A stretch of DNA of 60,289 nt from contig JAUZRJ010000024.1 of the NCBI GenBank assembly GCA_030950545.1, positions 1 through 60,289 of the forward strand, in the 5' to 3' direction. This document shows positions 28,794 through 40,530 of the stretch, in pieces. The number at the start of each line of letters is the position of its first letter. The first letter of the stretch is position 1. The position numbers and the translations under genes are program-made. The notes below the pieces were generated by a model, which was given only the letters and a program-made list of their open reading frames with translations, made no database searches and was not told the DNA's origin. The DNA is from Aquificota bacterium. Lineage in GTDB: Bacteria > Aquificota > Aquificia > Aquificales > Aquificaceae.

Positions 28794-30386
28794 TTACAGG
28801 GTAACCTGTTTCACGAAGAGAACCTCGGGGATGTTTCTCAGTCTCTCCAGGACACCTTCCGGAACGGGGTCGTCCAGGTTCAGGATGCCGAGGGCTATTC
28901 CTCCCTTTTTCTCCCTCCCGAGCCTGAAGCCCGCGATGTTAACCTTCGCCTCCCCGAGGATAGACCCTATCTTGCCTATAACGCCGGGGACGTCTTTGTT
29001 CTCGAGGACGAGAAGTATACCCTCCGGGTCCACGTCAACCCTGTAGCGGTCTATCTGGACTATCCTCGGGAGCTGACCTTCCAGCACGGTTCCCGCCACC
29101 GTTTTCTCGGTACCGTTTCCCCTCACAACGACCTTTATGTAGTGCTTAAAGTCCGGTGTCTCCTCCGAGGAAAGCTCCTCAACCTTTATACCCCTGTCCC
29201 TCGCAACGTAGGAGGCATTTATCAGGTTCACGGGAAAATCGACAACCTCCTGGAGTATTCCCTTCAGGACAGCAGCGGACACAGGGTGGAAGTGGTCGGA
29301 GATGTCACCCCTCACCTCTATGTGGACCTCCCTTATCCCCTCTTCCGCCCACTGTACTATGAACCTCCCCATCTTCTCCGCCAAGTCAAGGTGTGGCTTT
29401 ATCAGGGTAAGGACCGAGAGGTCCGGGAAGGGAGCGTTCACAACGTACTCAACGGTCATACCCCTGAGGGCCTTTATCACCTGCTGGGCCACTATTACCG
29501 CGACGTTCTCCTGGGACTCGTAGGTGTTCGCACCTATGTGGGGCGACAGGGATATGTTGGAGAACTCCTTAAGCCTGTCTATGAACTCCGGTGGGGGCGG
29601 TTCCTTTGAGTAGACGTCAAGGGCCACACCTTTAACCTTCCCGAGTCTGAGATACTTTATCAGGGCCTCCTCGTTAACTATCCCTCCCCTCGCGCAGTTC
29701 ACTATGTAGACGCCGTCCTTCATTATCTCGAACTCCTTCTCCGAGATCATGTCTCTCGTCTCGTGGGTCAGGGGGGCGTGGATGGTGAGGACGTCCACCT
29801 CCCTGAGCATCTCGTGAAGGTCTTCAACGAGCTTCACACCGAGCCTGTCCGCCTTCTCCCTCGGTATGTAAGGGTCGTAGGCGAGGACCCTCATGCCGAA
29901 GGCCTTTGCCCTTATGGCCACCTGGGAGCCTATGTTCCCGAGGCCTATTATCCCGAGGGTTTTTCCGTAAAGCTCCGTGCCCATAAACCTCTTCCTGTCC
30001 CACCTGTGCTGAAGGACGGAGCTGTGGGCCTCGTGACCGTTCCTCAGGATTGTGAGCATGTGCATCATGGTAAGCTCTGTAGCCCCTATGGTGTTTGCAC
30101 CGGGTGTGTTCACCACGAGGATACCCCTTCTAGTTGCCTCATCGAGGTCTATGTTGTCAACGCCCACTCCCGCCCTGCCTATGACCCTTAGCCTTTTCGC
30201 CCTCTCAAGAAGCTCCTTTGTCACAGGCGTCCTGCTCCTCGTTATGATGCAGTCAAAGTCGGAAACTATCTCCAGGATCCTCTCGTAGGGTATATCGGGT
30301 TCGTTCACCACCTCTATGTCCGGCTCCTTCTTGAGGATCTCTATACCTTTTGGTGCTATCGGGTCAGTTATGAGAACCCTGTACAA
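28794..30386 (-). CDS. serA: D-3-phosphoglycerate dehydrogenase
   Basis: RAGVGVDN, GLGNIG, SPHIGA; C-terminal ACT domain. Confidence 0.95.
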   Translation of the reverse strand: MYRVLITDPIAPKGIEILKKEPDIEVVNEPDIPYERILEIVSDFDCIITRSRTPVTKELLERAKRLRVIGRAGVGVDNIDLDEATRRGILVVNTPGANTIGATELTMMHMLTILRNGHEAHSSVLQHRWDRKRFMGTELYGKTLGIIGLGNIGSQVAIRAKAFGMRVLAYDPYIPREKADRLGVKLVEDLHEMLREVDVLTIHAPLTHETRDMISEKEFEIMKDGVYIVNCARGGIVNEEALIKYLRLGKVKGVALDVYSKEPPPPEFIDRLKEFSNISLSPHIGANTYESQENVAVIVAQQVIKALRGMTVEYVVNAPFPDLSVLTLIKPHLDLAEKMGRFIVQWAEEGIREVHIEVRGDISDHFHPVSAAVLKGILQEVVDFPVNLINASYVARDRGIKVEELSSEETPDFKHYIKVVVRGNGTEKTVAGTVLEGQLPRIVQIDRYRVDVDPEGILLVLENKDVPGVIGKIGSILGEAKVNIAGFRLGREKKGGIALGILNLDDPVPEGVLERLRNIPEVLFVKQVTL

Positions 30387-30411
30387 GGCTCCTCCTCCGA
30401 AGGTTTAACTA

Positions 30412-32451
30412 TTATACCCTTCTGGTGAGAGTGAGGGTGTTCAGGACGACGCTTACGGAGGAGAGAGCCATCAAAAGCCCCGCTATTTCCGGCTTAAGGA
30501 AGACCCCGAACTTGTAAAAGACTCCCGCCGCGATGGGTATACCCAGGGTGTTGTAAAGAAACGCCCAGAAGAGGTTCTGCTTTATCTTCCCGTTCACCCT
30601 TCTTCCGAAGGCCAAGAGAACGGGGACCCCCCTTATGCCCGAAAGGAGCACTACGTCTCCGGTCCGCTTTGCCATGTCCGTCCCCTGAGCTACCGCGAAG
30701 GAGAGATCCGCCCGGGCGAGGGCGGGAGCGTCGTTTATCCCGTCACCGACCATGGCGACCTTATAGCCCATCCTTTGAAGCTCCTCCACTTTTGCCTTCT
30801 TCCCCTCCGGAAGTACCTCCGCTTCAAAACCGTCAAAGCCGAGGTCCCTCGCCACCTTTTCCGTTATGTGCCTCCTGTCTCCCGAGAGAAGGAAGGTCTT
30901 TATCCCGAGGTCCTTGACCGCCTTCACCACCTCCCTCGCCTCCTTCCTTATCCTGTCCTTAAGATAGAACACAGCCAAGACCTCCTCACCCTTCCTGAGT
31001 ACGACCTCCTTAAACTCTCCGTTTCCCGAACCCGACTCACCTATGAAGTATTCACCGCACCTCACACCCACACCCCTTATCTCGGAACAGCCCGTAAGGT
31101 CGGTCTCCTCAGCCCCCCTCTCCCTTGCGAACTCCCTTATGGCCCTTGCGACGGGGTGATTTGAGCCCTTTTCCATGGAGAGGGCTATGCTGAGGGCTTC
31201 CCGGTCCTTCAGGTCCGCCCTCACCACCCTGAACCTGCCTTCGGTCAGTGTTCCCGTCTTGTCAAAGACCACCAGGTTTATCCTGGGCACGATCTCGAAC
31301 ACGGACGGTTTCTTTACGAGGATACCCCTCTTCAGCGCTCCGGACATGCCGACCGCTACCGCGAGGGGTGTAGCTATCCCGAGGGCGCAGGGGCAGGATA
31401 TGACGAGAACAGCCAGGGAGAACTGGACCGCCTTCTGCAGATTCCCGCCCACCTCAAGCCATACGAAAAAGGTGATCAGGGCGATAGCGATCACACCCTG
31501 AACGAAGTAGTGGGAGACCCTGTCAACTATCCTCTGGATCCTGGGCTTCTCCGAGAGGGCCCTGTCAACTATCCTGCTCACCTTGGAGAGGTAGGAGTCC
31601 TCAAAGATGCTCTCCGCAACAACCTCTATGTAGCCGTCCTCAACGACAGAACCGCTAACGACCTTATCGCCCGCCTTCTTCCGCACAGGCTCCGGCTCTC
31701 CCGTAATGACCGCCTCGCTCACCAGGGCTGATCCTTTAACGACCTCACCGTCGAGAAGCACAACGTCCCCCGCCCTGCAGAGGAAGACTTCCCCCTTCCT
31801 GACCTCCCTGACGGGCTTTTTTACCTCCCTCCCGTCCTCAAGGAGCGTCACCTCGGAATGCTGGGTTCCTATGAGCTTTTTGAGGAGCTGGGTCGCCCTT
31901 TTCCTCGCCCTCTCCTCAATGAACCTGCCTCCCCTCACGAAGGTTATCAGGAGGGCGTTGGTCTCAAAGAAGGGAGAACCCGGTATCAGTCCCAGGAAGG
32001 TAAGAAGGCTGTACAGGTACGCCCCTGTGGTTCCGAGGGCCACGAGGACGTCCATGTTCGCAACGCCGTTCCTGAGGGAGCTGTAGGACCCCTTGTAGAA
32101 GGTCCAGCCACCTATGACCTGGACCAGAGTGGAAAGGAAGAGCTGTCCGTACAGGCTGTAGGGGACCTTGAAGATCATAAGGCAGAGGATAAGAAACGAG
32201 GCGAGACCGGATAAGATCAGGACCTGAAGGTCCCCTTTCCCCTCCTCCTCAACAACCCTGTACCCCAGGTCTTCTATGGCCCTGACTATCTCCTCCCTGG
32301 TTACCCTTTCCTCGTCGTAGTCCACCCACACCCTGCCCAGCTCAAAGGAAACCTTCACATCCCTCACACCCTCCTTCTTTTTGAGGGACAGGGTTATCGT
32401 CCTCGCACAGTTCACACAGGACATACCCTCAACCTTCAGCGTCTCCCTCAT
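30412..32451 (-). CDS. copA: P1B-type Cu(I)-translocating ATPase
   Basis: GMSCVNC HMA domain, TGEP, CPC, DKTGT, HP, GDGIND, YN and MxxSS. Confidence 0.9.
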   Translation of the reverse strand: MRETLKVEGMSCVNCARTITLSLKKKEGVRDVKVSFELGRVWVDYDEERVTREEIVRAIEDLGYRVVEEEGKGDLQVLILSGLASFLILCLMIFKVPYSLYGQLFLSTLVQVIGGWTFYKGSYSSLRNGVANMDVLVALGTTGAYLYSLLTFLGLIPGSPFFETNALLITFVRGGRFIEERARKRATQLLKKLIGTQHSEVTLLEDGREVKKPVREVRKGEVFLCRAGDVVLLDGEVVKGSALVSEAVITGEPEPVRKKAGDKVVSGSVVEDGYIEVVAESIFEDSYLSKVSRIVDRALSEKPRIQRIVDRVSHYFVQGVIAIALITFFVWLEVGGNLQKAVQFSLAVLVISCPCALGIATPLAVAVGMSGALKRGILVKKPSVFEIVPRINLVVFDKTGTLTEGRFRVVRADLKDREALSIALSMEKGSNHPVARAIREFARERGAEETDLTGCSEIRGVGVRCGEYFIGESGSGNGEFKEVVLRKGEEVLAVFYLKDRIRKEAREVVKAVKDLGIKTFLLSGDRRHITEKVARDLGFDGFEAEVLPEGKKAKVEELQRMGYKVAMVGDGINDAPALARADLSFAVAQGTDMAKRTGDVVLLSGIRGVPVLLAFGRRVNGKIKQNLFWAFLYNTLGIPIAAGVFYKFGVFLKPEIAGLLMALSSVSVVLNTLTLTRRV

Positions 32452-32527
32452 AGGCTTTAGCTTAAATACGTGAAGGTGTTAATACAAGAGGATTATTTCA
32501 CGTTAATTTAAAAAAGACCCGAAAATC

Positions 32528-33046
32528 CTAAATGAGCTTCATGACTTCGTCCGCGAGGAAGTCCCTGTTCTCCTTTGTGACCTCTATAAGGACCGCCCCC
32601 CGCAGTCTCCTTATCTCCGCGACGAGAGGGTGGACGTCCCTCAAGGGTATGGTGGCTATGACCGTGAGCCTGGGGTCGTACACTATCCTCCTCACGAGCT
32701 CCCTGAAGGGCTTTGAGAACAGCTCCATCTTTCCTATCTCGTCTATGACCACCACCTTATCCTTCTCCTTCAGGGCCCTCTCAAGCACGGGAAGGGCAAG
32801 ATCCTCAAAGTATCTCAGGTTAACGCCGTAGGAACCCACCAGATACCTGGATGTGAAAGTCCTGCTCGCGAAGGTCTTCTTCTTTCCCTCCGTGGTAACT
32901 ATCCTGAAGCCCCTCCTCCTCCCGGTTTCCCTGTCCCTGACCTCTTCTGTCCAGAAGCCGACAGTTCTGTCCCCCAACCTCTCCACAAGTTTCCTTACAA
33001 GGGTCGTCTTGCCTATACCGGGCGGGCCCGTTATCAGTACCTTCAA
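32528..33046 (-). CDS. THEP1-family NTPase
   Basis: GPPGIGKTT, GFWTEEVR, IDEIGKMEL. Confidence 0.9.
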   Translation of the reverse strand: MKVLITGPPGIGKTTLVRKLVERLGDRTVGFWTEEVRDRETGRRRGFRIVTTEGKKKTFASRTFTSRYLVGSYGVNLRYFEDLALPVLERALKEKDKVVVIDEIGKMELFSKPFRELVRRIVYDPRLTVIATIPLRDVHPLVAEIRRLRGAVLIEVTKENRDFLADEVMKLI

Positions 33047-33633
33047 GGGTCCCTCCTTATCTTTAAAAAGACCTCTTCCGCCTGTTTTAAGGTCTCCTCA
33101 AGCGTGCCCGAGTTGTCTATTACGAAGTCCGCAAACTTGACCTTCTCCTCGGGAGGCATCTGCCTCTTCCACCGCCTGAGGAAGTCCTCCTCGGACATCC
33201 CCCTCCTGATGGCCCTTTTCCTGCAGACCTCATAGGGGGCGTAGACCACAACCGTGAAGTCGTAGTCTCTGTAAGTTCCCTTCTCTATAAGCAGGGATGC
33301 CTCGACGAAGACAACCGAGTCCTCCGGAAGGCGGGAGTAGATGCTTTCGAGCTCCCTGTACAGAGCGGAGTGGGTTATCCTCTCAAGCTCGGAGAGTTTC
33401 TCAGGGTCTTTGAAGACTATATCCGCTATCTTCCTCCTGTCCGCGTTTCCCTCGGGGTCCAGGATCCCTTTCCCCAGGAGGCGGACTACCTCATCGAGAA
33501 CAGGGTGACCCTTCCTGTAGAAGGAGTGGATAACCCTGTCCGCGTCTATGACCACAGCCCCCAGCTTACCGAAGAACTCACCCACGGTGGACTTTCCAGA
33601 CCCGAGGTTTCCCGTGAGGGCTACCTTCTTCAT
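33043..33633 (-). CDS. coaE: Dephospho-CoA kinase
   Basis: TGNLGSGKS, IDAD, IDNSG. Confidence 0.92.
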   Translation of the reverse strand: MKKVALTGNLGSGKSTVGEFFGKLGAVVIDADRVIHSFYRKGHPVLDEVVRLLGKGILDPEGNADRRKIADIVFKDPEKLSELERITHSALYRELESIYSRLPEDSVVFVEASLLIEKGTYRDYDFTVVVYAPYEVCRKRAIRRGMSEEDFLRRWKRQMPPEEKVKFADFVIDNSGTLEETLKQAEEVFLKIRRDP

Positions 33634-33640
33634 CTCCCAA

Positions 33641-33648
33641 ATTATAAT
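33641..33648. promoter_or_regulatory. Palindromic ATTATAAT: overlapping -10 elements for divergent coaE and aroD
   Basis: TATAAT on both strands, 7 nt before the coaE ATG and 6 nt before the aroD ATG; the intergenic gap is only 21 nt. Confidence 0.6.
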
Positions 33649-33654
33649 AGTTCC

Positions 33655-34314
33655 ATGCTGATAGCGGTCCCCCTAACCGATGAGGGCTTCAGGGAGAAGG
33701 TAAAGGAGGCAAGGGAAAAGGGTGCGGACATAGTGGAGCTGAGGGTCGACCTCTTCTCAAGGAGGGATCCGGACCACGTCCTGGACCTTCTCATGTTCGC
33801 AAAGGAGTCCGGTCTTAAAACCATACTCACCGTGAGATCGCCCGAAGAGGGGGGCGGTGAGGTGGAAAACAGGAAGGAGATCTACGAAAAGGTCGCACCT
33901 TACTCGGACTTTGCGGACGTTGAACTGTCCTCCAGAAACCTGATCCCTTACGTGAGGGAGGCCCTGTCGAAAGGCGGTGGCAGGCTGATAGTCTCCTTTC
34001 ACGACTTTGAGAGGACACCCCCATCATGGGTTATAAGGGAGGTCCTGAGAGAGGGTTTCAGATACGGCGGTATACCTAAGGTGGCGGTTAAAGCCAATTC
34101 CTACGGGGACGTTGCCCGGCTTCTGTGCGTGGGATCTCAGGAGAAAGGAGATAAGATACTCATAGCTATGGGTGACCTCGGGAGGGTTTCGAGGGTAGCG
34201 GGGTTCGTTTTCGGTTCCCTGATCACCTACGCCACCCTCGGCAGGCCCTTAGCACCAGGTCAGCTCGGTCTTGAGGAGACGGTAAAGCTCAGGGAACTCC
34301 TCTACAAGCCTTAA
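33655..34314 (+). CDS. aroD: 3-dehydroquinate dehydratase type I
   Basis: ELRVD, TVRSPEEGG, SFHDFERTP, MG...SR, APGQ. Start at ATG 33655 (MLIAVPL). Confidence 0.92.
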   Translation: MLIAVPLTDEGFREKVKEAREKGADIVELRVDLFSRRDPDHVLDLLMFAKESGLKTILTVRSPEEGGGEVENRKEIYEKVAPYSDFADVELSSRNLIPYVREALSKGGGRLIVSFHDFERTPPSWVIREVLREGFRYGGIPKVAVKANSYGDVARLLCVGSQEKGDKILIAMGDLGRVSRVAGFVFGSLITYATLGRPLAPGQLGLEETVKLRELLYKP

Positions 34315-34782
34315 GTAGAGCAGGTTCATAGCGGAGTGCAGGAGCACGGGAGCCAAGAGGGAACCTGTCTTCAAGTATACGTATCCGAGTACTAAGGAGG
34401 GAAAGAAAACGAGAAGGGAGTTCAGGGTAAGACCCTCCACAACGTGTGCGCCCGTAAAGACCATAGAGGTGGGGACGTTACCCATGCGGGCCATCAGGAA
34501 ACCTCTGAAGAAGACCTCCTCCACCAGGGCAACGCCCAGCTGGTTGAGGACCAGAACGGTATCGGGCATCAGGCACACGCCCAGAGAGAAGAAGGGAAGC
34601 CCAAACAGAAGACCTCTCCCGAAGTTACGGAGACCGAGCTCCTCAGGGTCTTCAAACAGCACAGGAAGGCCCATCACAATTACGGGCAGTACGGAAAGTG
34701 CAGGGTTCTCCTTGTAAACGCAGAGGGTCAGGTAGAGGGCTCCGATGAGATAAACTCTCTTACGCAGGGCTCTATCCTCCAC
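34249..34782 (-). CDS. CPBP (CAAX/Abi) intramembrane metalloprotease (start uncertain)
   Basis: EEVFFRG, F.GAH and HSAMN motifs; hydrophobic. Confidence 0.8.
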   Translation of the reverse strand: MEDRALRKRVYLIGALYLTLCVYKENPALSVLPVIVMGLPVLFEDPEELGLRNFGRGLLFGLPFFSLGVCLMPDTVLVLNQLGVALVEEVFFRGFLMARMGNVPTSMVFTGAHVVEGLTLNSLLVFFPSLVLGYVYLKTGSLLAPVLLHSAMNLLYLRLVEEFPELYRLLKTELTWC

Positions 34783-35558
34783 ATGTGGTTCAGGGGTCCG
34801 TGTCCTTTCCCGATACCGGGGTTCGTCTCTATGGCCCTCTTCACAAAGTCCTTGGCTTTTCTCACAGCCCTTTTCAGATCCATACCCATAGCTATGAGGG
34901 CACATATCGCCGCGGAGAAGGTGCACCCCGTTCCGTGGGTGTTCTTAGTTTCCACCCTGTCGTCCACAAAGTAGTGGACCTCAAGGCCACCTTCGTAGAA
35001 GAGGTCTATAACTTTATCTCCCTCCATATGCCCGCCCTTTATGACCACAGCCCTGGGACCCATCTCCAGGATCTTCTTCGCGCAGTTCTCCGCATCCCTC
35101 AGGTTCCTTATCCTGTCCCCGCAGAGGACCTCAGCTTCGGGTATGTTGGGTGTAACTATAAGGGCAAGTGGAAAGAGCTCTCTCACCAGGACCTCCACGC
35201 TCTCCTCCCTGAGGAGAAGATCACCGCTCTTTGCCCTGAAGACGGGGTCCACCACGAGGTTCTGTATGCCCAGATCCCTCACAGCCCTCGCAACCGCCAG
35301 GACTATACCCGTGTTCGAGAGCATACCCGTCTTCGCGGAGTCCACACCTATGTCCTGGGCCACGACCTTTATCTGGTTGTAAACTACCTCCGGCGGGAGG
35401 TCGAAGACACCGAACACACCCTCGGTGTTCTGGACCGTGATGGAGGTTATCGCGCTCATACCGTAAACGCCGAGGGCGGTGAAGGTCTTCAGGTCCGCCT
35501 GTATCCCAGCCCCGCCCCCGCTGTCCGAACCCGCCACGGTGAGACACCTCGGGACCAT
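34728..35558 (-). CDS. thiD: Hydroxymethylpyrimidine/phosphomethylpyrimidine kinase
   Basis: [29 protein letters not shown]. Confidence 0.95.
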   Translation of the reverse strand: MVPRCLTVAGSDSGGGAGIQADLKTFTALGVYGMSAITSITVQNTEGVFGVFDLPPEVVYNQIKVVAQDIGVDSAKTGMLSNTGIVLAVARAVRDLGIQNLVVDPVFRAKSGDLLLREESVEVLVRELFPLALIVTPNIPEAEVLCGDRIRNLRDAENCAKKILEMGPRAVVIKGGHMEGDKVIDLFYEGGLEVHYFVDDRVETKNTHGTGCTFSAAICALIAMGMDLKRAVRKAKDFVKRAIETNPGIGKGHGPLNHMWRIEPCVREFISSEPST

Positions 35559-37894
35559 CAGAAGAACCCCCCAAGGATAAAATGTATCCTTGAAGGGGAT
35601 GTGTCCCCGGGAACTTTTTTCGTCTTGAAGGCCCAGTCTATCCTGATGGGCGCTATGGGTGTTACAAACCTTATACCGATACCGTAACCGCCCCTCCAGT
35701 TCCTCGGGTCAAAGTCCTCTATCCTTTCCGCACCGAGCCCAGTGTCATAGAAGACCGCGACGTAAAGGGTCCTGTGGAGGGGGTAGCTGAGCTCGAAGTT
35801 GAAGAAGAGCTGTTTTGTTGAACCTACTGGCTGGTTGTTAACGTCCAGGGTCCCCGCCATACCGTAGTCGTACCCCCTTATGGTGAAATCACCGCCGACG
35901 AAGAACCTCTCGTCCAGAGGGACCTGAGCTCCCCCATAGGGCTCCACGAACCCGACGGTTCCCCTCGCCATAAAGACCGCCCCCGTCTCGAAGTAGGTCT
36001 CCTTCAGGTACTTCGTTCCCGACAGGACCACCCTGTGGAACTTTTCCGTTCCCCCGAGCACGGGAACGCCGACCGAGTAGGTAAGCTCAAAGAGGGAACC
36101 CTGGGTGGGGAAGAGGAAGTAATCCCTTGTGTCCCTCCTCAGGGAGAACGTGAACTTCCTGGACTCCCTCCTCCCTTCCTGCTGTTTTATCACAGCGGAC
36201 GCGCCCGGGTCTATGTCGGAGTACCTTATCCTCTGGAAGCTCAGCCCGAAAGACACCCTCCAGTACTCCCGGAACTCCCTCGAAAGGGTCGCACTTACAC
36301 CCGTCCTCTCTATTGTGTAGGTGACGTACTCTATCCTCCTGTCGAACACCGAAAGGGAGAGGTCGTAGGGTCTTTTGAGAAACCATTTGTCGGTGTAGGA
36401 TATGGAGTTGTCCTTGTACTGGGCACCGTAGCTTATCGATATACCCACTATGTCTCCCGTACCCAAGAAGTTTCCTTTCCTCAGGGAGACAAACCCGGAG
36501 AGCTTTGTTATCTCGTTGTAGGACAGCCCCACAGAGAACTGACCCGTGAACCTCTCCCTTATCTTCACAAGGAGGTCCCACCTTCCCTCACCCGCGGGAA
36601 AGGGCTGGATCTGGACGTCCTCGTAGTAGCCGAGGTTCAGGATCCTGGTTCTTGACCTCCTCAGGGCCCTTCTGGTAGCCAGTTCCCCCTCCCTAACCCT
36701 TAGCTCCCTCCTTATCACGTAGTCCCGTGTCTCGTAGTTTCCCTCAACCTTGATCCTCCTAACGTAAACGGGTTTTCCCTCCCTCAGCTTCAGGGTCACA
36801 GAGACCTCCTTCCTCTCCGTGTCAACCTTCTCCTCTTCCTCGACGAGGACGTTGAGGAAACCTATCTCCGAGTAAAGGTTCCTGATCCTGCCCTTTATCT
36901 TCTCTATAACCTCCCTCCTGTAATACCCGCCCTTTTTTCTGTTCCTCTCAAGAAGGTCCCCTACAAGCTCCGAGTAAGCGTAGAGGGTGTTGCCCTCTAT
37001 CCTGAGCTCTTTCAGTCTGTACCTAGGTCCTTCCTCTATGAGTATAAGTATGTCGTGTCTCCCGTTCTTCCTCCTTACCCTGTAGCCAACTTCCGCCTCA
37101 AGAAAACCCTCGTCCCTGTAAAACTCCCTTATCCTCTCTACATCGTCCTTCAGGACCTCCTCGCTGAAGGGTGGCTTCAGCCTGAATATGAAGATGTTCC
37201 TGTCCTGAGTCTGCATCAGGCCTTTTAGCTTCCTTCCGCTGAAGGTCTTGTTGCCCTTGAAGTCTATGTCCACGACGTACTTCTTCTGTCCTTCGTCAAT
37301 AACAAACACGAGCTTGGAGGCTCCCTTTTTTGCCTCTATCCTGTAGGTGACCTCAACATCCGGGTAGCCCTCCTCAAGGTATATGGCCTTTATCCTGTTT
37401 ATCAGCTCCTTTATCTCTTTCTGGGAGAGAACCCTCCCGAGCTTCAGCTTCCTGTGGATCTCCAGCCTCTCCTCGAGGGCGGGGCCTGAGGTGTAGCCCT
37501 GGATAAGCTCCTCAACGTCCAGCTTACCCACCTCCGTTTCAACGCCGAGCTTATCCGCCAGGTCCTCGTCGTCTATTTTCCTGTTCCCCTCAAACTCTAT
37601 CCGGTAGATCACGGGGAGGTCTTCCACAAGATACACAAGCCTGACCCTACCGTCTTCTTCGAACCTGTAAACCTCTATGCTTTTGAAGAAGCCTGTCCTG
37701 AAGAGCTTCCTGATGTCTCTTCTCACCTTCTCCAAGGAGAAAAGGCTTCCCTCTTTGGTCAGCAGGATCTCCTTTATGAGGTCTTCAGGGACGTACTGGT
37801 TTCCCCTTATCTCTATACTCTCAACGGTCTGGGCGTGCGTGAAGACAAAAAAAGAGAGTAGGGCTAAAAACACACTTCTTACAAGCGGTTTCAC
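35558..37894 (-). CDS. bamA: Outer membrane protein assembly factor
   Basis: POTRA repeats, IRGY motif, C-terminal Phe. Confidence 0.93.
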   Translation of the reverse strand: MKPLVRSVFLALLSFFVFTHAQTVESIEIRGNQYVPEDLIKEILLTKEGSLFSLEKVRRDIRKLFRTGFFKSIEVYRFEEDGRVRLVYLVEDLPVIYRIEFEGNRKIDDEDLADKLGVETEVGKLDVEELIQGYTSGPALEERLEIHRKLKLGRVLSQKEIKELINRIKAIYLEEGYPDVEVTYRIEAKKGASKLVFVIDEGQKKYVVDIDFKGNKTFSGRKLKGLMQTQDRNIFIFRLKPPFSEEVLKDDVERIREFYRDEGFLEAEVGYRVRRKNGRHDILILIEEGPRYRLKELRIEGNTLYAYSELVGDLLERNRKKGGYYRREVIEKIKGRIRNLYSEIGFLNVLVEEEEKVDTERKEVSVTLKLREGKPVYVRRIKVEGNYETRDYVIRRELRVREGELATRRALRRSRTRILNLGYYEDVQIQPFPAGEGRWDLLVKIRERFTGQFSVGLSYNEITKLSGFVSLRKGNFLGTGDIVGISISYGAQYKDNSISYTDKWFLKRPYDLSLSVFDRRIEYVTYTIERTGVSATLSREFREYWRVSFGLSFQRIRYSDIDPGASAVIKQQEGRRESRKFTFSLRRDTRDYFLFPTQGSLFELTYSVGVPVLGGTEKFHRVVLSGTKYLKETYFETGAVFMARGTVGFVEPYGGAQVPLDERFFVGGDFTIRGYDYGMAGTLDVNNQPVGSTKQLFFNFELSYPLHRTLYVAVFYDTGLGAERIEDFDPRNWRGGYGIGIRFVTPIAPIRIDWAFKTKKVPGDTSPSRIHFILGGFF

Positions 37895-37909
37895 GGAAAA
37901 GGTATTATA

Positions 37910-40348
37910 TCAGGACTCTTTGAGGACTGGCTCCAGCTTCTCCTTCTTCTTGATCGTTTTGAAGTAGGGCTTGTCGTTCTTGACCCTTATCTCAACGAGC
38001 TCCGTGTCTTTGAGGGTTCCCTTTATGAGCTCCTCCGCCAAGAGGTCCTCAACGTGCTTCTGGAGGGCACGCTTCAGGCTCCTCGCACCGAACTCGGGCT
38101 TGTACTCCCTCTCTATGATCCAGTCAACGAAGCTCTTGTGGAGCTTTACCTGTATGTCCCACTCCCTGAGCTTTTCGTTGATCTCCTTGAGCTGAAGCTC
38201 GAGTATCTGCTCAACGTCCTTCTTTTCAAGGGGTCTGTAAACTATGATCTCGTCGAGCCTGTTCAGGAACTCGGGGTTGAAGGTCCTCTTTACCTGGTCG
38301 AGGACGTTCTTCTTCATCTGGTCGAAGTCTATCATACCGAACTTCTTCTCAAACCCTATGGAACCGCCCTGGACTATCATCCTCGCACCCAGGTTGGAGG
38401 TCATTATGATTATGGTGTTGGAGAAGTCCACGGTCCTACCGAGACCGTCGGTGAGCCTCCCGTCGTCGAATATCTGAAGGAAGACGTTGAAAACATCCGG
38501 GTGAGCCTTTTCTATCTCGTCAAAGAGGAGCACTGAGTAGGGTCTTCTTCTGACCTTTTCGGTGAGCTGTCCTCCTTCCTCGTAGCCTACATACCCGGGA
38601 GGTGCTCCTATGAGCCTTGAGACCGTGTGCTTTTCCATATACTCCGACATGTCGAACCTTATGAGGGCCTCTTCTGTCCCGAACAGGTACTCCGCAAGGG
38701 CTTTGGCGGTCTCGGTCTTCCCCACGCCCGTCGGCCCGAGGAAGAGGAACACACCTATGGGTCTGTGCCTCCCTTTGAGCCCTACCCTTGACCTCCTTAT
38801 GGCCCTCGCTATCGCCTTTATGGCTTCGTCCTGTCCAACAACGCGTTTTTTAAGCTCCTCCTCTATGTGCAGGAGCTTCTCCATGTCGCTCTCGTGCACC
38901 CTCCTCACGGGTATGCCTGTCCACCTCGCCACAACCTCCGCCACGTCCTCCGCGGTCACCTTGGGTCTGTTCTTCTCCATCTCCTGCTTCCACTTGGCTT
39001 TGAGGCTCTCGAACTTCGCCCTCAGCCTGAGCTCCTCGTCCCTTATCTTCGCAGCCCTCTCGTAGTCCTGGTCGCTCGCCGCCTCCTCCTTTTCCTTCTC
39101 GAGTTTCTTTATCTTCTCCTCAAGCTCCTTGAGGTTGGGGGGCAGGTTCATCGCCTTGAGCTTCACCAGGGCTCCTGCTTCGTCCACAACGTCTATCGCC
39201 TTGTCGGGGAGATTCCTGTCCGTTATGTACCTCACCGACAGGCTCACCGCCTTGTCGAGGGCTTCGGAGGTGTACTCCACACCGTGGAACTCTTCGAACT
39301 TCTCCTTAAGACCGTAGAGGATCTTGAGGGTGTCCTCCTCGGAGGGAGGGTCGACGAGGACAGGCTGGAACCTCCTCTCGAGGGCCCCATCCTTCTCTAT
39401 GTACTTCCTGTACTCGTCCAGGGTGGTAGCACCTATGACCTGTATCTCACCCCTCGCAAGAGCGGGCTTCAGCATGTTGGACGCGTCTATGGACCCCTCC
39501 GCGGAACCCGCACCCACGAGGGTGTGGATCTCGTCTATGAAGAGGATAACGTTGGGAGCCTTTTCGAGCTCCTTGAGGATGTTCTTGAGCCTCTCTTCAA
39601 ACTGACCCCTGTACTTGGTCCCCGCCACAAGGGCGGCAAGGTCAAGGGCGACGACCCTCTTGTTAAGCAGGGGTTCGGGGACCTCCTTGTTGGCTATCCT
39701 CTGGGCGAGACCCTCAACTATCGCGGTCTTACCTACTCCAGGATCCCCGAGGAGTACTGGGTTGTTCTTCCTCCTCCTGACGAGTATCTGGATAACCCTC
39801 TCTATCTCCCTCTCCCTGCCTATCACGGGGTCAAGCTTTCCCTCCCTCGCCATCTGGGTCAGGTCCCTGGAGAACCTGTCCAGATTCGGTGTGGGAGCGT
39901 ACTTGACGCTCTCCTGGGGAGGTAGCTCCCCGAGGATCTGGAGGACCTCCCGTCTCACCGAGTACTCGTCAAGACCGAAACCCCTCAGTATCCTGCCTCC
40001 GAGACCCGTCTTCTCACGGACTATGCCTATGAGCAGGTGCTCAGGACCGACGAACTGGTGGTGGAGGATCCTCGCCTCTTCGACCGCAAACTCTATAACA
40101 CGCTTGGCGTCCGGGGCGAAGAGGATCTCACCCGTGTGAGACCCCTTGTTTATCTGACCCATGACCGCCTTCCTGACCTTCTCGGGAGAGAGTCCGAACT
40201 TGGAAAGAACCAGCGTGGGTATGTCCTCCTCCTTTATGAGTGCAAGAAGTATATGCTCACTGCCCAGGTAGCTGTGTCCGAGGTCAAGGGCCTCCTCACG
40301 AGCCTGGAGTATCACCTGTCTTGCCCTTTCCGTAAACTTCTCAAACAT
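37910..40348 (-). CDS. clpC: ATP-dependent Clp protease ATPase subunit
   Basis: Clp N repeats, two AAA+ modules ([16 protein letters not shown]), UVR-like middle domain, IGF loop. Confidence 0.95.
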   Translation of the reverse strand: MFEKFTERARQVILQAREEALDLGHSYLGSEHILLALIKEEDIPTLVLSKFGLSPEKVRKAVMGQINKGSHTGEILFAPDAKRVIEFAVEEARILHHQFVGPEHLLIGIVREKTGLGGRILRGFGLDEYSVRREVLQILGELPPQESVKYAPTPNLDRFSRDLTQMAREGKLDPVIGREREIERVIQILVRRRKNNPVLLGDPGVGKTAIVEGLAQRIANKEVPEPLLNKRVVALDLAALVAGTKYRGQFEERLKNILKELEKAPNVILFIDEIHTLVGAGSAEGSIDASNMLKPALARGEIQVIGATTLDEYRKYIEKDGALERRFQPVLVDPPSEEDTLKILYGLKEKFEEFHGVEYTSEALDKAVSLSVRYITDRNLPDKAIDVVDEAGALVKLKAMNLPPNLKELEEKIKKLEKEKEEAASDQDYERAAKIRDEELRLRAKFESLKAKWKQEMEKNRPKVTAEDVAEVVARWTGIPVRRVHESDMEKLLHIEEELKKRVVGQDEAIKAIARAIRRSRVGLKGRHRPIGVFLFLGPTGVGKTETAKALAEYLFGTEEALIRFDMSEYMEKHTVSRLIGAPPGYVGYEEGGQLTEKVRRRPYSVLLFDEIEKAHPDVFNVFLQIFDDGRLTDGLGRTVDFSNTIIIMTSNLGARMIVQGGSIGFEKKFGMIDFDQMKKNVLDQVKRTFNPEFLNRLDEIIVYRPLEKKDVEQILELQLKEINEKLREWDIQVKLHKSFVDWIIEREYKPEFGARSLKRALQKHVEDLLAEELIKGTLKDTELVEIRVKNDKPYFKTIKKKEKLEPVLKES

Positions 40349-40480
40349 GTCCTAACCTCACTTGAATTTATAAGATAACAATAAGGGAAGGGCGTGACAA
40401 TACCATGTTTAAGGTCATTGAACACCAGAACCCCACAGGGACCCTTCCAGACCTTATGGGACAACGGAGTCATATTTTTG

Positions 40481-40530
40481 TCCTGTGGATCACAGGATTT
40501 TTACGTATTTTTACCTGAAAATTACAGAAA
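40481..40530. repeat. Inverted repeat plus phased T(T/C)AC direct repeats upstream of the first RHH-like gene
   Basis: TCCTGTG-GAT-CACAGGA (40481-40497); TCACAGG, TTACGTA, TTACCTG and TTACAGA at 40490, 40501, 40511 and 40522 (10-11 bp period). Confidence 0.55.
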
